From: Balanoglossus misakiensis
Lineage: Eukaryota; Animalia; Hemichordata
DNA length: 64,000 bases
Reading direction: 5' to 3'
Assembly (NCBI GenBank): GCA_040954595.2
Contig: CM082583.2
Coordinates: 5,080,749 to 5,144,748, forward strand
The notes below the pieces were generated by a model. It was not told the origin of the DNA. It ran no database searches and saw only the letters and a list, made by a program, of their open reading frames with translations. The position numbers and the translations under genes are program-made. How positions within the stretch are numbered: the first letter of the stretch is position 1; every line of letters begins with the position of its first letter. This document shows positions 14,801 through 33,328 of the stretch, one piece after another.

Positions 14801-17800
14801 GATAAAAGTAATAGCTTCGAGTCATTGCAGCTCCCCTGTAAAGTAGGAACGCATTTATCGTAATAAGCTCAACACATGCCAAATATTTTTGTTCCACATT
14901 TGATTTGATTTCATTCGAACGTGTCAATCGGTCAGGCCTAACACAATTTTACACTGACAAAAACGACCAAAAGCTACGTCTTTCAAACTTGAAAGAAGAC
15001 ACTCTGTCACGATTGATCTAGGGCCAATATTTTAAGATCCGCCATATTGCATTAACACTGAAATGATCTGATCAATCGAAAGTGTGATATTTAGAAATAC
15101 GCCTGCGCTTTTGCGTTTGAACCCGAAAACTTGACACCATGCCAATTGTTGAAAAGTTAATAGGCCATCATTTGAAAATGTCAACTTTTCTATAATGTTG
15201 AGATCTTTATGACACCATAAGGCTCTCACAGTTTTCAATGTGGAAATATGAACGCATTTCTTCTGTAAGTGGATTATTATTTTTTTCAAATTGCGCGGCT
15301 GCATCCTTTCGCGCATTTGCGCATGTGTGAACCAGGCGCTGCATGCAGGGATGGCACTGGTAGTAGATGCTACTTCTCAGTGACGCCAGAAACAGTCAGA
15401 AGATATGATTGATGCAACAATTACCTTCAAAAGAAAAAAAATGCTCGATGTCCACACGCAGAGACTGTCTTTCGTCATCAATTTCGCGCGGCGATTTATC
15501 TATCAGTTTCTTTCATAACGCGGAACTCTCGGCACGGCACCTTGTTTCAGGATTAATATGTCCAATTTCGACGGATAAAGGTTGCCGACAGGGAACGCTC
15601 TCGTTATGAAATGACTCCTTCATCATGCCGCGGTGGGAGAAAAAAAGGGTCGCGAGTGAAATTGACGTGGGGGAAAACTTGATTAGCAGCGACTCTGGCG
15701 GAGAAAAAGCCACCTTGGCTTATTAGAGTTCATTTCCCACCTTGCTTTCGGCTTGTTTTTTTTTGCTGCGGAGTTTGCAAGCCCCGGACTTGAGCCACTT
15801 TGTGTGTATGAAATATGGAGGCAGCCTTCCGCTTTGTGCGGTTGTGGGCCCGGTGAAACGATATTAAAAGTATCTGCAGTGGAAATGACAGCCAAGTTGC
15901 CCGCGGGGCGAACGCAAAGGAGACCGATAGGGAGACGACACGGAGACAAGGCACGCTGCTAATTGCTCATAAAAACATAAACCGAAAGAGAGTCGGAGGT
16001 TGAAGAAATTTGTCAACAGTGTTAATAAGTGTAGATCGGATTTTATCCCTTAAAAACAATTGGAACGAGACAATCGATACCCGCAGAGATGACATTTACC
16101 CAAAAATTGGTCGTGCGCGCGGCAAAAAAATAATATCGCTCATAAGTACATATGTTCTCGCGTGTAAGCTGAATTGTAGACTGCCTTGTTCACAGCTTTC
16201 TGCAACAGACCAGTAAGAAAGCTCCTACTACCGCTCCAGGCGAATAATTTCAGCAAATGAAAGCTTGGCGAGATTTATTATCGCGCAGACCATACACCGC
16301 CGTAAATTGACTCGGATAATTTTCGGAGCGCATTATAACTAGAAATGAACAACCAGATATGATGGACAGCTTTACCGCACCGCAATCATAGTGCCTTAAA
16401 GGTCACACTGTAAGGTGTTTTAAAAGGCGGGGTAATGTATTGAAGTGTGGATCTGTCGACCTTTTCTTAGATTATATCACCCGATTTTTTTTATGCCGCC
16501 GCAGCATTCTTCTGGCTTCTTCGCACGGTTTGAAATATGCAGAACATTTTCTCGCGGCCACAATTGCCGTTTAAATCGCCTCATAGCCCGAATGATAGGG
16601 GTCACTCGCGTCGAACTTTGACCCCTCTCCCCCTACTATGTCGTCGCTGTCAGTAAATCAGTGAGGTAAGACCCAAAGCGGTGAAGTGTCGGAACGGTCA
16701 ACAATGACAGCCCCTCTTAAACACTGTCGCGGCGAACTTTGCCATTTTAGTGCTCGGTAGTGGATTTCACTCGGCCCCCGGAAGCAACTTCCCGGAGAGC
16801 GAGATAGACCGCTTCGGTACATGTCGCGCGTGCGACTATTCAAAGTATGGAAATCTGTTGTTGGCCATGATCAAATATAAACGTTAATCTCAACCCGTTG
16901 CAGAAGTCAGTTGTGTTTTTTTCCGATGTCGTGTTTTCTTCTTAAGCGTATGAACGGCGTGGGTCGTTATTCCGTTGTTTATTGGCCGGTTATTAAGTTG
17001 AAAGACGGCATTTAAACCCCCAGATGAAAATTCATATCATGGCGTTTATTTCTGTAAACGTAATGGTATACTATGTGTACCACTTTGCTATGCACTTACA
17101 CTTCACACCGCAATTATGACAGTTCAATATGTTGTAACCTATCGCGCGCAACAGAATGATAATACTACACACGGAGTTTCCCCCATAAAAAAATCATTCC
17201 ATTTACAGATATTGAACTTTTAGCTCGACGGTAGTCTAATCCTCGCCACAGCATAGAGAACTACCCCCATTCAATCGATCGAAGAGTGCTTTCGACTGGC
17301 GAGGAGGCACGGACAATACACCGCCGAGGTTTTGAAACTGTGGATCCCGCAGCCCACCATAAACGTTTCAGAATGACGCCAGCTGATTGGACGAAATAAC
17401 CTCAGGTGGAAATTATGCGCGCCGCACATTGGCGGCTATAGCACCGCGTAATCGCTGCCGTTGTAAGCCGAAAATTGCCTGGAACATTTAGTAATCCCAA
17501 GAAGATCACCCCAATCTCTTTATTGTGGCAATTTGCAGGAGGGAAAAGGAGCGCGGGGTTGGCCAGCCTGCATCGACGCATATCGCCAGACAGCAATTTC
17601 ATAGGTGTTGAATTTCCGCTGTCGCTGATTTCAAAGTGCTGAAATGGCCCTGATTAGCTGACCAAATTTTTATATTTTAATACGGAAGTCTTAGGAGGCG
17701 CGCTAAACCACAAATGCGAACGGCTTTGCTTGGTGGCTCTGTTATGTAGCGCGGCCAATTTTGCGAGACGGCCTTTTTAATACAGTTCGCCTTGTCCTCT

Positions 17801-20800
17801 TTGTGGGTTGTCCATTTCAGCCGTCATTACGGCATAATTGCAGACAATATCTGCTTAGGAACCGCTTTCATTACATGGCACATATAAGCGCGAGTCGGTT
17901 TCTCCTCTTAGAAACTCATCGCCACCGTCGACACTTTTGAAAGCAAAACCGCGCGCGAACCGGCGGGCGCAGCGGTTTGTAAATTGCTTTCGAGCGAAAA
18001 ATGCTTTCTTTTTTATTTCCCTCGTTCTTTCACGGGCGGTCTCCGTCTTCCCTCCAGCATGCGCCATCCCTTGTCGGGGGCTGTGTGCGATTCACTCGAA
18101 TCACAACCAGCGGAAAAGCGGTAAAGTGAAGAGGCCTGCCGACAGATAATACGCCATTTCCGACACCTTCTTCGCCGTAACACCTGCCATAACAGGAGCA
18201 GCGAATTGCGGCAATCACCGTGTATAATATATGTTCTGTAATTACGAACTTCGGGGAAGTGTGATTTTGTTCAATTCGGTGAATGTAGCATTCATTCCTA
18301 CCGCACAACTGGAATTGTATTACTCGTCCGCTCGAGTCCATATTTTTTGTTCGGATCGGATTTTCAACAGAATGCGTCTGACGTGGGCAGGTGGCGTTTC
18401 AGATTTTTTCCAAGATAAAAAATAGTGGAAGTTTGCGGAGCATCTGTTGTGAGGAAGTTTCGTCGTGAGATTTAATTGAGTCAGATTTCCCGGGCCGATA
18501 GTTCAGTTGGGGGCGCGTCGAAAGTAAGTTGAAAGTCGATTGAAATTTGTTAACTACAGCTCGTAGGAACCATGCTGTATGTAATGATCACAACGAACAA
18601 CCATGGCAGTCGAGGGACATCTAAATATATTGTTGTTCTATATTCACAAGAATAGAATACATCACCCCAGACGGAGCCTTCTGGTGTTCGTCACTTCCAG
18701 ACGACATCCGAATAAAACCTTGTTTGGTAATTGTAGTTCGAAAAGCATGTCGGCAGACGGAAACTTTTCGACGCATGCGCGTGTGGGAGCATGGCTCTGC
18801 TGTCGATTCTTGTTGCGGGGTGGTGCGTTATGTATGGCAATGAAAATAAGTCCAAGAGTGTCAAAAATCCATTTTCGCTTGTATTGCTCATTCGCTTCGT
18901 TTGAAGCCACGCTTTCCTTGTGATGGAAGAGATGCTGGCCCCCGGGATGCGGTGAAATCACGCGAGAGAATTCGAAGCCCCGGTTTTTGCTGTTGCTTGT
19001 GTCGTGTACATCACTTTTTTTACCGTTCTTTGAATCTCTCTCTGCAAAGGTCCCCGTCTGCCACATGCGGTTATTTCACGGGTCAGAGCAAGAGGGCTCG
19101 CCTTCCTCAATTACCTCGGAGTGGCGTCCACAGGTCACCCTCAAGATTTAATAGAAACGTCTTAAAGCCCACTCCGTCATTTTTCCTTTCGTTTAAACAT
19201 AGCCCCTCAACCGAGAATGTGGTTTTAACTCTCGTATTCTTTGCACAGAATGGACCACTTGAAATGAACATGTCGTCAAATTAACACAATATTTCCAAGT
19301 GATATTAACCAGATCGATAAAAAAAACAATGCAATGCTTACATTCTTGGATGAAGTTGAGAAGTTTCAGCTGAATGCAAGTAAATGATGTTAAAGTTTTG
19401 ACCAAAACCGTGAACTCAAGAGTCAGGTTCATCTACGTGAAGGGGTCTCTGTCATCGTGGCGACCTACAGGCCGATACACAGAACATGTCCAAATACGGG
19501 TGACGCTGGTTTTCGTCGAGTTTGGTGTTTGCTCAACCGATTCAGACGATAACTCATAACGTGACGACGACGAGGCGGCAGGTGGAGTTAGCCTTCATTG
19601 AGATTGCGGACGAGGCTGCGAATAAATATGTCAACCAGATCGCCTGTTTTTTTTCTCTCTCTCTCTAGCCCGGAGCAGGCAATAAGGGGCCTGACATCCC
19701 GATTTGCGACTCGCTGCTCGACGGCTGACACCAGTTTTAATAACATTCGCAGGTTTGTCAAGTCGATGGCGATTCGCGCGCGAAAAACGATGGCCTTCCG
19801 CCCGGTCCCTCGTTGCGAGTTGTGTCACGCCGTCGAAGACTTTCTCCATCATTCACCCGTTCTTCGCCTATGCGTGAAGTGAACACGATAAAGTTTAGCC
19901 CCGAGAAATTTATTCGCCGAGACGGCGAGCGCAGCAACGCCGTTACAGTCTCCTGTGCACGTTTGCGATGAAATTTTTAACAACTTTGTCACTTCTGCTA
20001 GTCTTCCTTCAAAAAAGTTACTGAATTGATTCGTTGAGATGTCCCGCGGCTACGATTTCCAAGTAGGGCGATTTTCATCCATTTTGGAATTAGATTGAAT
20101 ATTTCGGTTTTTTTGTGTGCTCAATTTTACGCCGACGCGGTGTTAAAAGTGCACTCGTATCCTAAACTATAATTACGTGCAACCGACGGAATTAAGAAAT
20201 ATCTTGGTAACCCCTGGCCAGCTGCTTATGCAAGTTTCCACCGAGTCTGTGCCTCGGTCACAAACGCATTATTTACGGAGATCGTAAACTGAAATACGAA
20301 GTCAGTTTGATTGTATGACCTATCGTGGGACGGAGGCGAAATCGTTACACAAAAAATTGTCGTCACTGGAGGCAATGTGAACGTGCATGGGAAGCTCCGT
20401 TTTGCCGTGAAACTCGAGTACATTAAACGACTCGCGCTTTACGGCCGCCCTTACAGGTGTACTTCAGTGGCCGTTCTCGCTGGGCCAGGCAAAGGTATAA
20501 GAGACTGCACACCGACAGAGAATCGAACGGTTAACAATTTGATTTACTGTGTACAGATGTGCTCAACTCTGCTTTATTGATCTCCCCGCCGAGCCACAGT
20601 GCACACAGACACACACACACTCTGTAAACAGGGCAGGAGCAGTCAAAATACTATTGACTCTTTATTTCTGTATTGATCGCCAGTTTATTAATAGACTCGC
20701 CTCGCACAAAAATTAACAGAGCCAGACAAGAAGAGTATTGTATGACTCTGGAGTAGCCGGCTAACACGGTTACCCGGGGTACGTGTTAATATTGCCACAG

Positions 20801-23045
20801 TGTGTAACATGTAAATACATTCTCAAACAGGAAATATACGTATTGCAGGCCATGTACATAAATCACGCAAAAAACTTATATTTTGAGTTGATGGCGATGA
20901 TGACATTTGTTCTTATCGCCGTATGTGCCGCGCGTTTGCCAACAAAACACAGCGAAAAGTTACACAAGTGCCTAGACATTGGCCAGATATGCACATCCGT
21001 ATGTTTACCTCATACAGAGAAAGAATGACATTATGATCAGTTAAAAACGCTATTATTTTTAGAGGAAAAGTTCGGAAAAGGACAGAATCTCCCATAGACA
21101 AATTGCAAAGTTTGGTCCAATATAATTATGACGCTGTGCTGAAAACACTTCACCAAATGAGCTGCCAAGTTAGACTTTAACTTGTCTTATCTAAATTTTC
21201 TAGTGATGGTTCCTCCTAATCATTATACAATGTTGACACGTTTCAATTTGGCGTGGATTAAAGTTATGATAACTGGCAAACCGTCTGATATCACAAAATG
21301 CCGCCCCGACCCCCATTCGCAACAGAAAATAACCATCTTGATTCGTCTTATTAGGTAGAGAGCACACACCGGTTGTATTTATTGTGGTCGGGCGAATAAT
21401 AGGACAAAACATCGGAGAACGAACGTTTCTTCCGTTGTTAATATTAGCATATCCTTACCCAACACGACGACCGACCGTGTTGGCCCGACTGTAGTTCGAG
21501 CGCGTAGAATTCATTCGACACAGGATTCATCAATTCATACCCGTCCACTTTGCTAGCCAAACATTCTTGACAGGTGTTTCCGATGCGGTCGTTCGAAAAT
21601 TGTGTCTTTTGTTACGAAGGTACTACGAATGCACAGAATTTAAATATCAGTGGTGGATGAACAATAAGGGTGTACGTCATTAACATAGCGTTAGCTGTAG
21701 TAGCCGTACACCTGGGTATTTTGAATATTACGTAAGGGTTTTTGATTTTTGACTCTCTGCAACGGCAGTCAAGTGGCGTGAGCCGACCAGAAAACAGACA
21801 AGTTGTACTCGGCCATGAGCGACGGGGACTGGAATCTTGTAATCCACGTGGGAGCTCGGTGTTGAAGTTCAGCACGTCGGTATGTCCTGTTGGTTTGAAT
21901 TCAGCGTTGCTCTCGGACTTAAAATGCATGTCTACGCCAGCAACTGTAAGTGAAGTGAACCTGTTACTACGATATTAATTTTCTTCCTGTGACAAATAGA
22001 TTCGCAGTGAAACATATAACTCTGGGTGTTTGTGTTGCGAGTTTTTGGTTCGTAACACTTGTGCAAATCGCCGAAGGCCACGCGTGTCGTAAAACCCCAG
22101 AAACTGAGATATTTAACACCCAAATTAGCCGAGCAGTTGATAGGGAAATGATATCGTAAACATTTTTAGCATTTGACGAACGCAAACAAGTTACGCCGTC
22201 CAGTTCATTCCTGTGGGATTCGCTCGTACAGCGTGAATGAATATGGCCTTGTGGGGTGGGGGGGGGGGGAGAGATCACTCTCTTACACCCGTAGCCTTTC
22301 ACGTTTCTTGCTTTCGAGCTATTTGTGAACCATGGCTGCACTAAAACTCTCAACCCTAAACTTGGGGAGATTTCAAAATTACGCCCCAGTACGACAAAAA
22401 TCGGCTGTGCGACCTACTATGTCGTCCTTGCAGCCACGCGGCCATTTTGGTCACCCCTTTTATGTTTTTCAGTGGGGATTATAACCGATGACGAAACAAA
22501 CAAAAACATGGAGTTGTTTTGATACCTGAAATTAAAAAAAAATGTCTGTCAATTATTTAATTTTACGCGTTCGCCAGTGGCAGGGAATTTCAGGGAAATC
22601 ATCCACGCGTACAGACGAAGTGTAGTAACCGTCGGAATCAAGGGCCGGGCTCGTATTTCAACGATGTTAGCGGAAGGACAGCAGTATTATCCGCCCATAA
22701 ACTTCTTAGTACCGACCAGTAAAGAAACGTAACTTGAAATTTGCTACGCGGTGTATGGCGGAAATGTGGCCATAAAACCGCTTGGCTTTTCCGCCGTGAC
22801 AACAAGCCAATAAAAGAACCTAACACATCATTTTATCTTGTCGTAAATTTTGTTTACTGGCCGACCCGTCACTTAACTTTAAAAATGTAACGATTTTTGT
22901 CGTTAAAAGATGATTGGCATCTATCCTTCGGGCATAGTGTCCACGTGACCTGTCGCTGCTAGGCTGAGTTCAACTAGAAATTGGAAGGCATCTCGTACAT
23001 GAATTGTCATTTGAAAATCAAGAATGCCAGTGGGGGATGATGGGA

Positions 23046-23086
<41 letters not shown>
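23046..23086. repeat. (GAT)13 microsatellite
   Basis: Read directly. Confidence 0.97.
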
Positions 23087-26000
23087 CCTATATAAGTTAC
23101 ATAGGTCTCTCATCAGTTCAGTCTAAATTAGTGCTTTTTAATTTGAAATTCCACACCTGTCTCTAGGAAAAAAGTTACGATATATTATTCCGAGATCAGA
23201 GTTATGTTCTAGCCTCGCCAACACGAGGGGTGCAAACTTGTAGTCAAACCGACCAATTTTAATTGTTGTGTGTGACTTGCATGGATGACGTCACCCAGGT
23301 AGTTCAGTTTTAGTACGCGACCGATTTAACACCGTGCGATTTGACTATTTTTTTTTATTCTGACGGCCATCTGAGAATGGTTGGCAGATTTTTTTTCCTT
23401 GACTGAACCGCTTCTCAGAAGTTTGACACGGTGCGGCGACCCCCGCAACCTCGGCTGACTCGAAACATTAGCAAATCCCCCGGATCGCTTGGAACAAATT
23501 CTAAACGGGAGTTCCGCGATTATTCCTTGCAGATAATTGCATGGCTATTCGCACAGGTGTGACCCCGTGGGATGTACATAAACACCTAGGCAATCGGCGC
23601 CCTCGGCTTCTTTAATTCAAGCAATCAGCTACGCCATGTAATCACAGTCTTATCGTCAATTTTTTTCCCGCATTTTCCCCCTTCCCCCTCGTGTCGAAAT
23701 TACCATTTAATCTCGCTGGATTTAGAATCGGCGGCCTTTCTTCCACTCTATTGCGCAAATCGGACTATAGGGCGATTCAACAATTGTTTCTTAGTATTTT
23801 GTTCAGAATCGATGTGTTTAATGGCCTTTCGACGTCATGTTCGCCTCGTTGATATTGTTCTTGCCATGGCAACCGACGCGGATCTCTGGTATTTCATAGT
23901 TCAAGTCGGTACATGCAGTTTTGCCCTTTGTGAAGAAAACGTTTCCCCCCGGACCTTCGAAACTGACCGCCTTGGCTCTGCGCGTGCGGGGGGGAGGGGC
24001 GCGGTTCACGCACTCGACGCGAAGGGACGGGGTCAGATAAGTTCAAATGACCCAAAGAAGCTTGTGTTTGGAATATAAAAAAAGTTGGTGACATGACACG
24101 GTGCAAGGTGGCGCGTAACCCGGGGTGAGGGTTGCGTGGCCGGTAGCATGTCCTAGGTTCACCTTTCGCTTCGCGCCCAAGCGTCCAATAGCCACCAGGA
24201 AAACAGTAACCCATACAACAACTGTATCGTTCTGATTTAATCACTTACGCAAACACAGACAGGCTATTAACGCCCTAAAAAGCCATTACCACTTAATTGA
24301 CCGTTTAGTCAACAAAACCCATTTGCGTTCTCACAATCTCGTCGGAATCGCATTACAGGACAAATAGCCGTTGCGTAACACGTTTATATTGTCAACACAG
24401 CGGATGCTTAAGTAAGCTTCAACTGTTCGGTCGGAATTTAATGGGTCTTTTCCGGTGTCGGCGTGACCCGATGAGGTCTTGTCTGAGGTCAAGTGTGCGT
24501 TGTCGAATACAAAAGTTGTGTTATTATTGTACCGTGTTGTATGGCCACTTGTGTGCGTAACACAGGAGCCGTTCCGACCGTGACGTTTGGCCGGTGATTG
24601 GGTACACACACACACAGGCAAATGTGATGTGCACTCGCGAACTTGAGCTCCCTTCTAGAGGGCGCACTATGACAACTGGGGATCGGAAGCTTGCTTGCTA
24701 ATCAAACCGGCTATATTGTATACGCACATGTGGCGTGTAGGCTGGTGAATCACACGCGTACCCTATACCGGTAGATTCAGCAAAGTGATACAAGCCTCCA
24801 CTCACTGCACTGTTCGTAGTGGTGGCTTTGTTTTTCCTCGCTATTCCCACCTCACAATGACTACAGGTACTTTAATATAAGTGGCGACATTTTACCGCGC
24901 CTGGATTTTCCCGCAATCTCGCCGAAGGACCTAAAAAGTACCCGAAGAAATTTCCGCAAACACGAAGCAATATCCGTCCCGGTTCCACCTCTACCATCAT
25001 AGAGGAAATCAACAAACCTAATAAGTACTAACGGTAGGTCAACGGCTGTGATCGGCTCTTGATCTCCCCCATGCCAGAGGAGTGGCTGTTCCGGGCTCTG
25101 TTTTTTTTTACATGGAGAGCGCAGTTAGTCTGTCAAAGTACGGCTCATTCACTCGCTCACTGGCAGCGCGGCGCGCGGCACGGTGTTCACGAGTCTGAAC
25201 AGCGGCCAGTTTTGACAGGACCTGCAAGGCGTACTGACACCGCGTCTGAACTCTTGTGTGAGGGGTTCATGTAGGTTTGTCTCACTATCAAGCAATCCTC
25301 TTAATGCGGGCATGTTATAGCGCTGACACCGGGACCTTGGCAAAATGCTGCCCAAATAAAGGACAGTGATCTAGGCACCCGGCAGGGCGCGAATTCGTGT
25401 ATTGGGGTCAAGGCACAAACACGGCATTCAAGCCAGACTATCTGTATGCACGACTTGTACCCACGGGCTGGGCTCACTGCTTTGTGGACGGTGTTTACAC
25501 ATAAACGCGAACAATACTGTCTGCTCTTTTCAAATCGCGCCCTTTTGTCCCCGGTTCTAAGGCGATGCAAGACCCCTCAAAAGCAGGCATTTGTTTTGAC
25601 TTGGCGCGGTTATGCAGAACTTTGGAAACGGTACAATGGAGAGGCCGATCTAACAGCCCGGTATCGTCTTTAAAATGCAAAGGCCGTGTCGCACGTAACT
25701 ATATTGCGGCAATATCTAACCATTAACCTAGTTGCAACTCTTCAATACAAATATAAATGAACCAAATCGTCGCGATTTAATCATCTCACATTTGTTAAAC
25801 GATAACTTGCGTTTTGAAAATAAAAACCCAATGACGTTTAAAAGTTCTAAATATTCATTTTTTTGTCGTTCGATTTCAATATATCCGGGCGGGGAGGCGA
25901 TGGCTACGCTTTTCTCGTAGTAGCGTGGCGTTTGAGAGAGATAGCGCATTAATTTTTATCAGAGCTTAAGAAATCAGACACGGGTTTCTTCCGAAGTCAG

Positions 26001-27182
26001 TAAAAAGATACTTTACGGAGGGAGGACCGCCGCTTGTTGTAGTGCCCTTATCGGTGCACATGGGGCGAATGAGTAAAGTAGTTCGAAACCTTTAGGTCGC
26101 TAGTCTCCGCCCCCATTACAATGATTGCTCAAATGGCTTTGTTTGTGAATGTCTTGGTCCATCCATCTTGTTTGGGTCCGCCACTTGGCCCATGTTGTGT
26201 GTCATCTTATGCACTGCCTGCCACTCTGTGCCCCAGAAAAGCGTATCATTTTGCGCTACATTTTTGACAGCGAGAAAACATTTTTTTATGGGAGACTGCG
26301 AAGACACGGCGGGGCGGGGGAGAGAAATACGGGCGCATTTCACTTCAGCGCGTGGAGTTCGGCTGCTCTCGCCCGCGACCCGTGCCCCGTTCGTGACGCA
26401 CAGGGGTCACTCTGGATTATTGTTAATTTTTAAACGAGCGGGGCCTAGAATTTAACGACTAGAGACTTGATTTGTGTCACGGCAGTGACATTTACACCTT
26501 TCTTAGTCACGTTAATAAGAACGCCGAGACTCCCTCGTGGCGCGGAGGCACAGACACGTCGGGATCGTTACCCCGACACACGTTTAACACATAAACAATG
26601 ACTTGCGTCCGGTAAACGTCTTGAGATTTTCCGTAGTAAAAACAAATCACCACGGTCATCTGAGGTGACGTTTACACCGCACAGTTACATAATTACAAAC
26701 ACTCTGAGCGCGTTGCAGCCGCATTACTTTTGTAGTTGAACTTTAATTACCTACATAGCTGTGCGTACACGGATGAAGTGAAAATATTTGTATCCAGCCG
26801 AGCCAGGGCTTGCTAGATATTGAATGTCACAACCGAAAACAGCTGGAGTTTTACCCCCAAAATATGCTCGCGTCCGAGGGAACGAGCGAAATCCGGGCTG
26901 GGACGTGAAAACTGAACCGAACACAGTAGCCGGGTCTGCGAAGGCGGTCTCGGTAATTGCCGTGCATGCGATCCGACGACGGCAGCGGTGTAGATAGAAC
27001 CTTGGAAGGTCGACTTGGCTAGGAAAGGGAGAAAAAAAAACTGCGCGCCAAGAAACGTTGTTTGTAGTGTTTATAAATCGAGTTGATTCAGCCAACTCGG
27101 GCCCGGCTATGATTTATCATATGTATAAGTTATTGTCATCATCCACCCATTTCTCACACCTCGACAATGCGGTAATTCCCGA

Positions 27183-27401
27183 CCAATAAACATCGCTTGG
27201 TGGTTTGATTGGTGTCCCAGCCGCATGACCTCTATAAAGTGGATTTCCTAAATAAACAAGGAGCGTAAGGATATATTGACAATATGGCACCGATAAGTAG
27301 AGGCAGCGGCGACCAATCAGCGAGCAGCTAGCTGCACCGAATGACAGGCCCTGACAACCCTCAAGGATCGACGCAGTCGCCTTTAATTATCAGCTTCCAA
27401 T
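27183..27401 (+). promoter_or_regulatory. Proximal promoter with CCAAT-box cluster
   Basis: CCAAT at 27183, 27313 (GACCAATCAG, NF-Y-like) and 27397; ATTGG at 27208; NR half-site TGACCT at 27226. All lie 450-660 bp upstream of the COUP-TF ATG. TSS not observed. Confidence 0.55.
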
Positions 27402-27431
27402 CACCCCCTTGAACCTAGCTGACATTTCTTT

Positions 27432-27498
27432 CCATATAAGGCAATAATTGTCATAGAAACCCGACAGTTTCAACAAAAGAGTCAAAGTTCAGTATATA
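27432..27498 (+). promoter_or_regulatory. Candidate core promoter: CArG/TATA-like box, Inr-like site, DR1 and a second TATA-like box
   Basis: CCATATAAGG (27432-27441) fits CC(A/T)6GG and contains TATAAG 31 bp before the A of ACAGTT (27466). DR1 GAGTCA-A-AGTTCA at 27479-27491. TATATA at 27493-27498. Confidence 0.55.
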
Positions 27499-27635
27499 CA
27501 GACATTCACGCACATCCCACTTCAAAAAATTACTCCGCACTAGGGCTGAAGCCGCCTTCGGTTTTTCAGCCTTTTTGTCACAGTACTAGAGTTACATGAC
27601 AGACGATCTAGGTCGCTGATTCAAGTCTTCAGAAG

Positions 27636-28596
<961 letters not shown>

Positions 28597-29118
28597 CTGT
28601 CCAGCGAGGTAGGATTCCTCCGACCCAGCCGGTGCCGGGCCAGTATGCCCTAACCGACGGCCGATTCGACGGGCACTCGTACCTTTCTGGATTTATATCG
28701 CTGCTGCTCCGTGCCGAACCATATCCGACTTCCCGATATGGAGCCCAGTGCATGCAGTCAAACATGATGGGAATCGATGGGATATGCGAGCTTGCAGCCC
28801 GTTTGTTATTCAGCGCCGTTGAATGGGCTCGCAACATTCCATTTTTTCCCGATCTCCAAGTCACCGACCAAGTAGCCCTCCTTCGTATGGTATGGAGCGA
28901 GTTGTTTGTACTGAACGCCTCGCAGTGTTCAATGCCCTTACACGTAGCGCCACTGTTAGCAGCCTCCGGCCTCCATACCAGCCCCATGTCCGCCGATCGT
29001 GTAGTTGCGTTTATGGATCATATCCGCATATTCCAAGAGCAGGTGGAAAAACTGAAGGCTCTCCATGTGGACTCCGCCGAGTACAGTTGTCTCAAGGCAA
29101 TAGTACTTTTCACATCAG
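28597..29118 (+). CDS. NR2F1/2: COUP-TF coding exon 2: hinge and N-terminal part of the ligand-binding domain
   Basis: [11 protein letters not shown]...[16 protein letters not shown]...[35 protein letters not shown]...[41 protein letters not shown]. Ends G|GTAAGC. Confidence 0.98.

Positions 29119-33328
<4,210 letters not shown>

Noticed and set aside
19998-20007. 10-nt match to the 5' part of miR-7 on the minus strand
   Set aside because: The rest of the mature sequence and a precursor hairpin are absent.
23005-23021. 17-mer TGTCATTTGAAAATCAA repeated at 31695-31711
   Set aside because: AT-rich, flanks unrelated, and one such match is plausible by chance.
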